This document shows positions 1-7,263 of a DNA stretch of 28,100 nt, piece by piece. Source of the stretch: a virus. Its lineage: Duplodnaviria; Caudoviricetes. The notes beneath the pieces are model-generated. The model ran no database searches, was not told where the DNA came from, and saw only the letters and a program-made list of their open reading frames with translations. The stretch is taken from positions 1-28,100 of the IMG/VR virus record IMGVR_UViG_3300047272_000051; one strand, given 5' to 3'. The stretch's first letter is position 1. The number at the start of each line of letters is the position of its first letter. The position numbers and the translations under genes are program-made.

Positions 1-90
1 AGCACTACCCTCAAGGACTACCCATGCTACGAACATGCCGAGCAATGTGTATGTCTGGTCAAGGATTGCATTGATGAACTTTTTAATCAT
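1..90 (-). CDS. Small membrane protein, 5' part only (runs off window); possibly holin-like
   Basis: Read directly: ATG at 90 overlaps the upstream TGA (ATGA), SD AGGAGG just upstream. Open to position 1: [30 protein letters not shown], hydrophobic. Confidence 0.7.
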   Translation of the reverse strand, partial: MIKKFINAILDQTYTLLGMFVAWVVLEGSA

Positions 91-1580
91 AGGTTCCTCC
101 TGTAAGCTGCTGCAGCTGCGGCTCCTGCCGCTGCTTGGGTTGCGATGTTGCCAGCGATAACCGCTGCAACGATGACATCCTCTGCTTGCTCTCGTACTTC
201 AGGTGCCATATCGGCACCCACATTGGCTAAGGCCATGAGAGCTTGACTAGGATCTGTAAAGATTGCGGCTACTAGATCTGCTGGATTACCCAACACTTCT
301 AGAGCAATGACTACTTCTGCTGTAAGGATCACACCATTCTCAAGTTGAACTGGTGTCTCTGGATCCAATGATTCTAAGTTCGTGTCTTCCGTGATTACTA
401 CCACTTCGGGTGTAACATTTTCCTCATGAGTATTTGGTTGAGGTTCAGGAAGGACTGGAGCTTCAGGTTCTGGTACCGGTGCTGGCTCAACTTCAGGGGC
501 TGGCTCAGCTGGAACTGGTTCCTCCATAGCTGGAGGTTCTGGCTCTGGAGCAGGGTCGGCCGGTAATGGCGGAGGCTCAGCAGGTTCCGGTGCTGGATCG
601 GGAATTGGTTCGGGTGCTGGAGCTTCTGGTTCAGGCTCTGGAGCAGGTGGTTCGGGTGACGGCTCTGGAGATGGAGCAGGTTCGGGAGCAGGTGCTGGAG
701 CTGGCTCTGGCTGTGGGGCTGGTTGAGGTTCCGGCTGAGGGGCCGGTGCTGGCTGTGGTGCCGGACTTGGTTGAGGCTCAGGAGCTACAGGTACCGGAGT
801 CGGCTCAATGGGCTGCGGAGCAGGTGTTGGAGCAGTTTGCTCAGGAACGACAGGCGTTGGTTGAGGCTGAGGCTCAGGTTGAGGTTCTGGAGCCGGAGGC
901 TCTGGAGTCGGGATTGGTTCAGGTTCAGTTGCCGGGGTGGTAACTGGTGTACCGTTCGTACTATCGGGAGGGGTAGAAGATGTCGGTTGATCTGTTGACG
1001 GAGCAGTTGAAGTCTCAGTTACTGGAGTTGCAGTATCGCTTGTACTCGGAGCAACAGTTGATGTTGAAGTATCGGGAGAACTTGTTGCTGTTGGAGTCGG
1101 CTCCGGAGTGGGCTGACTTGAAGCTGTCTCGCTTGGAGTCGGAGTTGGCGAAGGTTCAGGACTCGCTTGCACGGTTGAAGTTTCTTGAGGTTGAGGCGAG
1201 GTCTCTGGAGTCGGCTCTACTGTCGGACTAGGAGTAGGTGATGGAGATTCTGCAGGGGCTGCTGTTGGGGCTGGTGCTGGTGTCGGCGATACGCCGTTAT
1301 AGTAGCCCAAAGAAGGATCGGCGAGATTATCGCTGACATAAATGTTAAACCCTTGGGCATATCCACCTTCGCAGAATAAGCGAGGGATGTATCCCTTGTC
1401 TGCAAAGAACTGAACGCTATTATCCCAACCAATCTGGAATGATTGTTGGGTTCCATCTGACTTACCGCATGTAACTGTTGCATTGGCTTGAACTGCATTA
1501 GCTTGTGGCACCATCCAGAAGGATGTACCCATAACTATAAATACTACTGATACTAAGTTGTAAACCTTTTTCTTATCCAT
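87..1580 (-). CDS. Secreted/membrane-anchored Pro-Glu-Thr-rich stalk protein
   Basis: 497 aa. N-terminal KKK, hydrophobic stretch and ANA signal-peptidase-like site. Small two-Cys domain, about 290 aa of P/E/T/S/A low complexity, and a C-terminal hydrophobic Ala/Val segment ending YRRNL. Confidence 0.8.
   Translation of the reverse strand: MDKKKVYNLVSVVFIVMGTSFWMVPQANAVQANATVTCGKSDGTQQSFQIGWDNSVQFFADKGYIPRLFCEGGYAQGFNIYVSDNLADPSLGYYNGVSPTPAPAPTAAPAESPSPTPSPTVEPTPETSPQPQETSTVQASPEPSPTPTPSETASSQPTPEPTPTATSSPDTSTSTVAPSTSDTATPVTETSTAPSTDQPTSSTPPDSTNGTPVTTPATEPEPIPTPEPPAPEPQPEPQPQPTPVVPEQTAPTPAPQPIEPTPVPVAPEPQPSPAPQPAPAPQPEPQPAPQPEPAPAPAPEPAPSPEPSPEPPAPEPEPEAPAPEPIPDPAPEPAEPPPLPADPAPEPEPPAMEEPVPAEPAPEVEPAPVPEPEAPVLPEPQPNTHEENVTPEVVVITEDTNLESLDPETPVQLENGVILTAEVVIALEVLGNPADLVAAIFTDPSQALMALANVGADMAPEVREQAEDVIVAAVIAGNIATQAAAGAAAAAAYRRNL
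420..1290 (-). repeat. Degenerate coding repeats (PEP, PAP, PTP, PQP units)
   Basis: Recurring ggctctggag / ggttcagg / ggtgctgg units on the + strand; boundaries approximate. Confidence 0.75.
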
Positions 1581-2155
1581 ACTTGGGGGCCAGTCCTTAT
1601 CAAGTCGATGTTGTCTTTCATGAGGGTGACAAATAGATCAATAGATGGCTTAGGTCTTAGATGCATAGGTAATTCAGGGCCCCATTCGTAATCATCAAAT
1701 GCCATGATTCCGCCGGGCTTTAACGCTTTCCAAGATAGTGAAGCATCTTTGAATACTGCATCAGCAGTATGATCTCCGTCAATGTAGATGAAATCAAAGT
1801 AATCTTTTTCATCTGCTGTAATTAAATAGTCTTGGCTTGCCATCTTAACTTTGATGACATTGCTGTATTCGTCTACCTTAGAGTCATAGACTCTCTCTAC
1901 ATCTGAGAAGTCCATCTCATGATGGGCTACCTCATCAGATCCCTGCCAAGTATCTACATCTATAAGGGTAGAGCTTGGTTGGGTAAGTATGTTCTTGAGT
2001 AACCATAAGCTTGCATCGCCAGTAAAAGCACCTATCTGGAGGAAGGCAAGGTTCTCTTTATCCTTGAACTCAACTAATAGATCCTTGAAGTATCCTTCTG
2101 CCCAGACTGTAAACCAGTTAGGGTAATTACTTTCGCTTGCTTGTAACGATGTCAT
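1553..2155 (-). CDS. Class I SAM-dependent methyltransferase (Methyltransf_24-like)
   Basis: Motif I-like [30 protein letters not shown] and [12 protein letters not shown]. Confidence 0.85.
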   Translation of the reverse strand: MTSLQASESNYPNWFTVWAEGYFKDLLVEFKDKENLAFLQIGAFTGDASLWLLKNILTQPSSTLIDVDTWQGSDEVAHHEMDFSDVERVYDSKVDEYSNVIKVKMASQDYLITADEKDYFDFIYIDGDHTADAVFKDASLSWKALKPGGIMAFDDYEWGPELPMHLRPKPSIDLFVTLMKDNIDLIRTGPQVWIRKRFTT

Positions 2156-2327
2156 AGATTAAGTCTACCTTTATTTGCAGAGCATTGACCTGATCTTTGA
2201 TACTAGACCCACCGTTGGTCTTAAGTTCTTTAAGGTAGTGGATAACCATCCATCGAATACCGGTGGCAAAGCCAGCGATGATCGCAAAGATGGATACTAC
2301 AAATGCTGCCCAGTCCATTGCTGACAT
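2127..2327 (-). CDS. Small single-TM membrane protein (holin-like or lysis accessory)
   Basis: 66 aa, N-terminal TM (WAAFVVSIFAIIAGFATGI), then NGGSSIKDQV and a basic C-terminus. TAATG coupling to the upstream gene. Confidence 0.6.
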   Translation of the reverse strand: MSAMDWAAFVVSIFAIIAGFATGIRWMVIHYLKELKTNGGSSIKDQVNALQIKVDLIYDIVTSKRK

Positions 2328-4324
2328 TAAACTACCGTTCTCATAGTGATTGTAATAATTCCGCCAAAGTTATCATCGTTGTAAGACGATGGTGTTGAAC
2401 GGCTAAAAGCAATTTCTTCAATGACTGCATCGAAGTTTTCTAGTGAGTTGAAGTCCTGCACAAGTACCGTTGCACCCAATGATTCGATCTGCTCAAGGGC
2501 AGATAGGCGTAGTCTTGCACCTTCCTTAACACCGAACTTCATGTTACGGCGATCAGTCTCAAAGTCATAGCACATCAATGGAAGCTGGATGAGACGGGAA
2601 CGGGTAGGGCTAGGGATAGCCTTAATGGCGTATCCCTTTAGGATGCCACCCTTGGTGTTATCGGTTGTTGATTTGTACAGTACGAAAGTAATCTGTCCGT
2701 TGACTTGAGTGGTTGAGTATGCACTTTCAAGTCCGAAGTCTGCATTGTATGCATTGTTCTGAGTAAGGGTAGCAATCTGTGTACGACCTTCATTGGAATC
2801 TGCATAGACTTCAATGTTGCCTGAAAGGGTATCGGTTTCTACACGAACACGCTTCCATGCCTTCTTCTCAAGAGTACCCCAGTTGACGATACCGGTAGTA
2901 AGAGTTCCTTCATCTACTAGATCAGTAGCATGCTGTAGCCATACACCAGATGCAGAGATACCCATGAACAACTGTGCTGTTGATGGGAAGAAACCAAGTG
3001 AGTTAACTGCACCAGTAGTTCCTGATGCTGATATATCTGTGGCATAAGGGTATGAGCCATCATCAAGTAGTGATCCAAGATAGATGCGGTATGTACCTGA
3101 TGCACCGGCTACGCCAGCCTTAACGCCAGCCCAGATATAAGAGTCACGAGCTGCAAAGCAAGTGACTGGATCTGTAGTTGTAAATACAAGTGGGCCATAT
3201 ACGATGGTTGCATCGTCAGCAATGGCTGCGATACGGACACCTCGGCTAGTGCCGATGGCTAAGAATGTTCCAAGGTATCCAAAGATTGCATGGACTACCT
3301 CACCACGAGGAATGTCTGCTACTGATACTGCAGCACCCAAAGCACCTGTGTTATCTGGTTGGATACGGAAGATTGCAGACTTATCTCCGGCATAACCAGA
3401 GACATAGATAGCACCACGGCCTTCAGCAATATCAGACCAACGCCAGCCAATAGGTACGGTAGTTGTATTTGCTACAGCAGTAATGGTTGAAAGGTTAGTA
3501 GACGATCCGTGGCTTGAGAATGGAAGTTCATATACTGCAGCAATAGGACTTGTACCAGTTACATAACTAATGCCAAGCATGAAGCGGTTCTTTACATACT
3601 TGATGGTTGCTGATGTAGCGTTGGCTGTATTGATTGTGTAGTGGTCATGAAGAGTAGGGCTTGCTGCAGTCAGATCATAGTCATAGATCTTTGTAGCAGT
3701 AACCAAGACTAGAGATGTTCCATCTGTCTCAGCTGCAAGAATCTCAGAAGATAGGGTTGATCCAAGGACAAGGGTTGTAGATGTTCCGCTTGCTGTAACC
3801 TTTGCTACACGGACTGCTGAGCCTGATGCTGCTGCACAATCGATGGCAATTACATAGTCCACGCCAGAGATAGTCGCTGGAAGTGCAAGTGTCTTGTTGC
3901 TTGTAGATCCAGATGATGGATAAAGTTTAGTTGTCTTCTTGAGAAGAGAGATCTGGCCCGGTGTCCATGGATCAATACCTGATCCTGTGTAGTAGCGGAA
4001 GCGTAGTTGTTCTGTGTTACCTTCTAGTGCTTCCTGAAACTGTATGCCTTGTCCTAAATGGAATGATGTCTGGCTTCGTACCCAGAGACCTGAGTCGAGA
4101 GTCTGCTCACCCGGTTCACGAGCCTGATCCACACGCTCATACTTCCATCGTGCAGTAGATCTACGATATGGAGTTTCATCTGTAATGTTGTAGATGAATG
4201 GCAGACCTGCAATAGCCACATCGAAAGAGTATGTGTTTGGATCGTAGTACTGAGAGCTTCGACCGGTTAGGTCGAGGATGACTGTCTCTGTAATGTCTGG
4301 TGACTTTGAGAACTTTAGTACCAC
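2327..4324 (-). CDS. Virion tail protein, probable tail tubular B/nozzle-like beta-rich protein
   Basis: 665 aa, GTG start with SD TAAGGAG. Beta-strand-rich propeller-like pattern; size and position after the fibre genes fit. Function inferred. Confidence 0.5.
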   Translation of the reverse strand: MVLKFSKSPDITETVILDLTGRSSQYYDPNTYSFDVAIAGLPFIYNITDETPYRRSTARWKYERVDQAREPGEQTLDSGLWVRSQTSFHLGQGIQFQEALEGNTEQLRFRYYTGSGIDPWTPGQISLLKKTTKLYPSSGSTSNKTLALPATISGVDYVIAIDCAAASGSAVRVAKVTASGTSTTLVLGSTLSSEILAAETDGTSLVLVTATKIYDYDLTAASPTLHDHYTINTANATSATIKYVKNRFMLGISYVTGTSPIAAVYELPFSSHGSSTNLSTITAVANTTTVPIGWRWSDIAEGRGAIYVSGYAGDKSAIFRIQPDNTGALGAAVSVADIPRGEVVHAIFGYLGTFLAIGTSRGVRIAAIADDATIVYGPLVFTTTDPVTCFAARDSYIWAGVKAGVAGASGTYRIYLGSLLDDGSYPYATDISASGTTGAVNSLGFFPSTAQLFMGISASGVWLQHATDLVDEGTLTTGIVNWGTLEKKAWKRVRVETDTLSGNIEVYADSNEGRTQIATLTQNNAYNADFGLESAYSTTQVNGQITFVLYKSTTDNTKGGILKGYAIKAIPSPTRSRLIQLPLMCYDFETDRRNMKFGVKEGARLRLSALEQIESLGATVLVQDFNSLENFDAVIEEIAFSRSTPSSYNDDNFGGIITITMRTVV

Positions 4325-4353
4325 TATGACTCCTTATTGTTGGCATAAAAATA

Positions 4354-4381
4354 TGAGCAGTTTTAAGCCATGCTCAGGGCT
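4354..4381 (-). promoter_or_regulatory. Compact H-type RNA pseudoknot / terminator-like hairpin in leader of the 665-aa gene
   Basis: Minus strand AGCC-C-TGAGCA-T-GGCT-TAAAAC-TGCTCA followed by TATTTTT. S1 AGCC/GGCT and S2 TGAGCA/TGCTCA are both perfect. Confidence 0.55.
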
Positions 4382-4392
4382 ATAATTACTTA

Positions 4393-4764
4393 TTAAACTA
4401 CAGTTGAAGAGACTTCAATCCATACTCTATTTGGCTCGAACCATGAATACATTTTCCCATCATTAGGGTATTCAACAGGAGCTTTCCATTGGCAGGTTTC
4501 TTGATCTAATTCCCAAGAGGGAAATGGACTAGGTGATACGAAAGCATCTAGTGATGCATCGTATTTGTATCCGATACCTGCATAATTTTTTCTTATTGAA
4601 GCAGTATAAGATGTTTGCTTCCAATTAGAATGACCGTGAAGATTAGTTAAAAAATCAATTCCGGCTTGTTCTGATTCAACACCATTGACTGTAATCACAT
4701 CGTTGTTGACGACATGAACAGCAAGTACGATGTTGTTCTCGTCTAGCTTTGCGAAGTGTGCCAT
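4393..4764 (-). CDS. Conserved phage protein accompanying glycine-rich adhesins (possible fibre assembly/chaperone)
   Basis: 123 aa, MAHFAKLDENNIV...WKQTSY...RKNYAGIGY.YD...DAF..P.PFPSW.L...TC.W.APV..P. SD TAAGGAG. Confidence 0.65.
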   Translation of the reverse strand: MAHFAKLDENNIVLAVHVVNNDVITVNGVESEQAGIDFLTNLHGHSNWKQTSYTASIRKNYAGIGYKYDASLDAFVSPSPFPSWELDQETCQWKAPVEYPNDGKMYSWFEPNRVWIEVSSTVV

Positions 4765-4773
4765 TGTTTCTCC

Positions 4774-5733
4774 TTAGAATGTAATTGAACCATCGCCTGT
4801 AAATTTGTAATATGTATAACCACCATTGTAAACGCTTGAAGGTGATCCTGTTGTAGTTGAAGGAGCTGCTGTTCCAGTCCATCTTAAAATTACAATTCCA
4901 GATCCTCCAGCTTTCCCATCAGGGGCTCCTCGACCTGCACCGCCACCACCGCCGGTGTTCGTAGCTCCAGCAGTATGGTTTGTAGAGTCTTGGTATCCAC
5001 CAATTCCTCCACCACCATAACCACCTGTAGAACTTCCGCTTGCGTTAGAAGTAGATCCCCCACCGCCTCCGGCATAATAGTAAGTTCCACTTACATTTTC
5101 TCCTGAAGATGTTGCACTACCCCAAGAAGAATATGTTGATGTTCCTGTGCCGCCATTACCGCCAGCACCAGCACCATTACCATTACTTCCAGCAGCACCA
5201 GCACCTCCACCACCACCACCAGATGGGCCGCTAGATCCATTTCCTCCAGCATTTCCTTGGCCAGATGTTCCAGCAGCTCCTAAAGTTTCATCACCAAGTG
5301 CATTGGCGTTATCTATAGAACCACCACCACCGCCACCAGAACCACCAGAAGCAGAAGTATTTGCATAGGTTAGGCCTTCTCCGCCATTACAACCTTTCCC
5401 ACCGCCAACGGCAGCAGTTAAAGATATGCCAGATCCAGTTATGTTTGAGTTGGTTCCATTGCCGGAAAAGTTTGATGATCCTCCACCAGCTCCACCAGAA
5501 CCTACAGTTACCGTGTAGGTAGTTCCTACAACTGGTGCAAATGTTGATGAAACAACTCCACCAGCTCCGCCACCACCATTTCCGTTAAAGCCTGTTCTTC
5601 CACCACCACCACCACCACCGGCAACAGCCAGATAAGTTATGCTCGTTGGAACTCCAGTTGTTATTTGATCCCAAAATCGTGAAGATTTTGTACCTAATTT
5701 TATTGTTGAAGTTGAGAATTTGCGAATAGACAT
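4774..5733 (-). CDS. Glycine-rich putative receptor-binding/tail protein (paralogue 2)
   Basis: 319 aa. YLAVAGGGGGG, GGGGAGG, TVTVGSGG, TNTGGGGG, GGSGIVILR; ends YYKFTGDGSITF. Confidence 0.75.
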   Translation of the reverse strand: MSIRKFSTSTIKLGTKSSRFWDQITTGVPTSITYLAVAGGGGGGGRTGFNGNGGGGAGGVVSSTFAPVVGTTYTVTVGSGGAGGGSSNFSGNGTNSNITGSGISLTAAVGGGKGCNGGEGLTYANTSASGGSGGGGGGSIDNANALGDETLGAAGTSGQGNAGGNGSSGPSGGGGGGAGAAGSNGNGAGAGGNGGTGTSTYSSWGSATSSGENVSGTYYYAGGGGGSTSNASGSSTGGYGGGGIGGYQDSTNHTAGATNTGGGGGAGRGAPDGKAGGSGIVILRWTGTAAPSTTTGSPSSVYNGGYTYYKFTGDGSITF

Positions 5734-6707
5734 TAGAAGGTTATGCTCCCATCTCCAGTAAACTTGTAATATGTATTACCACCATATGTGGTAATTGTTG
5801 GTGATCCTGTTGCAGAGCTGTATGAGTACTGTGATCCATGACGGACAATAACTAGTCCAGAACCACCTGCACCAGATGTAACTTGGGCTCCATCAGAAGC
5901 ACCTGTTGCACCTCCGCCAGAGCCTGTATTAACAGTTCCTGCATAACCATTAGCTACGCCAGCGGTTGTGCTTCTAATGCCTCCAGCACCACCACCACCT
6001 GATCCACCAAGGCCTCCAGTTTGGTGTTCATTATCTGCACCACCACCGCCACCTCCGGCAATAACTCCACCTACACCAGAAGATGTTGCAGTTAACCAAG
6101 TTGTATAAGCACTTGTTCCCGGGCCACCGGCACCGGGATTACCAGAGTTAGTTGCTGTAGAACCAGCTTCTCCAACTCCACCTGCTCCACCTCCACCAGA
6201 GCCAGCGTGGGAACTGGCAGTTCCACCGCCATTAAATCCTTCTGCTGGGGAGTAGCCTCCTTCGTTTCCGGTTCCTCCAACTCCTGCTGAAGGGCCATTG
6301 GATCCGCCACCGCCTGAGCCACCGGTGCCTCCAGAGTAACCGGGCGGTGAAAGTACATCTGCTCCACCTCTTCCACCTCCGGTGGATGAGTATGAAAATG
6401 CTGATGAATTACTACCTTTATTTCCAACAACGGAAGTTGCAGATGCTGTTATAGCAGCACCACCACCGCCAACCGTAATTGCGTATTGGGTTCCTGGTGT
6501 TACAGAAATTGAACTTATATTTCTAACACCACCAGCACCACCACCGCCAGCATCTCCGGTGGTATTGCCTGTTGCATTTCCGCCAGATCCACCACCAGCA
6601 ATAATCAAAACATCAACAGTTTCTGGAGATACAATACCTACTTTTGCTGTTGTGTATTTAGGGAATCCATTGGTAATTGATGAATTACTAAACCTTGTCA
6701 TTGCCAT
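5733..6707 (-). CDS. Glycine-rich putative receptor-binding/tail protein (paralogue 1)
   Basis: 324 aa. VLIIAGGGSGG, GGGGAGG, ITVGGGG, NTGSGGG, GGSGLVIVR; identical C-terminal YYKFTGDGSITF. Confidence 0.75.
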   Translation of the reverse strand: MAMTRFSNSSITNGFPKYTTAKVGIVSPETVDVLIIAGGGSGGNATGNTTGDAGGGGAGGVRNISSISVTPGTQYAITVGGGGAAITASATSVVGNKGSNSSAFSYSSTGGGRGGADVLSPPGYSGGTGGSGGGGSNGPSAGVGGTGNEGGYSPAEGFNGGGTASSHAGSGGGGAGGVGEAGSTATNSGNPGAGGPGTSAYTTWLTATSSGVGGVIAGGGGGGADNEHQTGGLGGSGGGGAGGIRSTTAGVANGYAGTVNTGSGGGATGASDGAQVTSGAGGSGLVIVRHGSQYSYSSATGSPTITTYGGNTYYKFTGDGSITF

Positions 6708-6728
6708 AGTGGTTACTCTTTTCGTTAA

Positions 6729-7058
6729 TTAAGCGGCTAATTCAGAACCAAATGCTGTAAATGTAAGATCGGCAGATGATGCGTATGTAACAATTACATT
6801 GCCAGCAGCAAGTGTAATTCCAAGAGTTAAAGCTGTTGAATCATTTGCTGGAATTGCTACATCGTATGCCAAGTAATGCTCTGTTGCCAATGTAGTTCCT
6901 GTTGCTGGCTTAACAGCAATACGGTATGTCTTAGTTGATGCTGCACGATTACATACAACGATAGTTGATACTACCGCTGCTGAAGATGAAGGTGTCGCAT
7001 ATAGTTCTTCCGCAGTTGTTGCGGCAGCAGCTTTGCGACCAAGTACTTTATATGCCAT
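6729..7058 (-). CDS. Conserved small tail-associated protein (putative fibre adaptor)
   Basis: 109 aa beta-rich, MAYKVLG...VVSTIVVCN...YLAYD...LTLGITL...FTAFGSE. Lies between fibre and adhesin genes. Confidence 0.6.
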   Translation of the reverse strand: MAYKVLGRKAAAATTAEELYATPSSSAAVVSTIVVCNRAASTKTYRIAVKPATGTTLATEHYLAYDVAIPANDSTALTLGITLAAGNVIVTYASSADLTFTAFGSELAA

Positions 7059-7061
7059 TGT

Positions 7062-7262
7062 TTATGCTCCCATGAGTAGAAATGGATCGAGTCCACTTGT
7101 GTCTGTTGACTTAGCTAAAGGATACCCTCCAGCCGTTACACCATCGTGAACCACGAGAGTGTCTTTATCGGTGTCGACTGTTACTTCACCGACCAAGCCT
7201 GTAAATGTAGAGTGTTGTGCTGTTGTACCTCTACGGAGTTGTATTGCAAATGAACTAGGCAC
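7062..7262 (-). CDS. Stand-alone major tropism determinant N-terminal (Mtd-N)-like miniprotein
   Basis: 66 aa, IQLRRGTTAQH..FTG..GEVTVDTDK..LVVHDG.T.GG.PLA pattern. GTG start with SD GGGAG. Confidence 0.7.
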   Translation of the reverse strand: MPSSFAIQLRRGTTAQHSTFTGLVGEVTVDTDKDTLVVHDGVTAGGYPLAKSTDTSGLDPFLLMGA

Positions 7263-7263
7263 C

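Noticed and set aside
566-1231. Plus-strand ORFs 566..943, 723..998 and 980..1231
   Set aside because: Antisense shadows of the Pro-rich repeat gene, with low-complexity translations.
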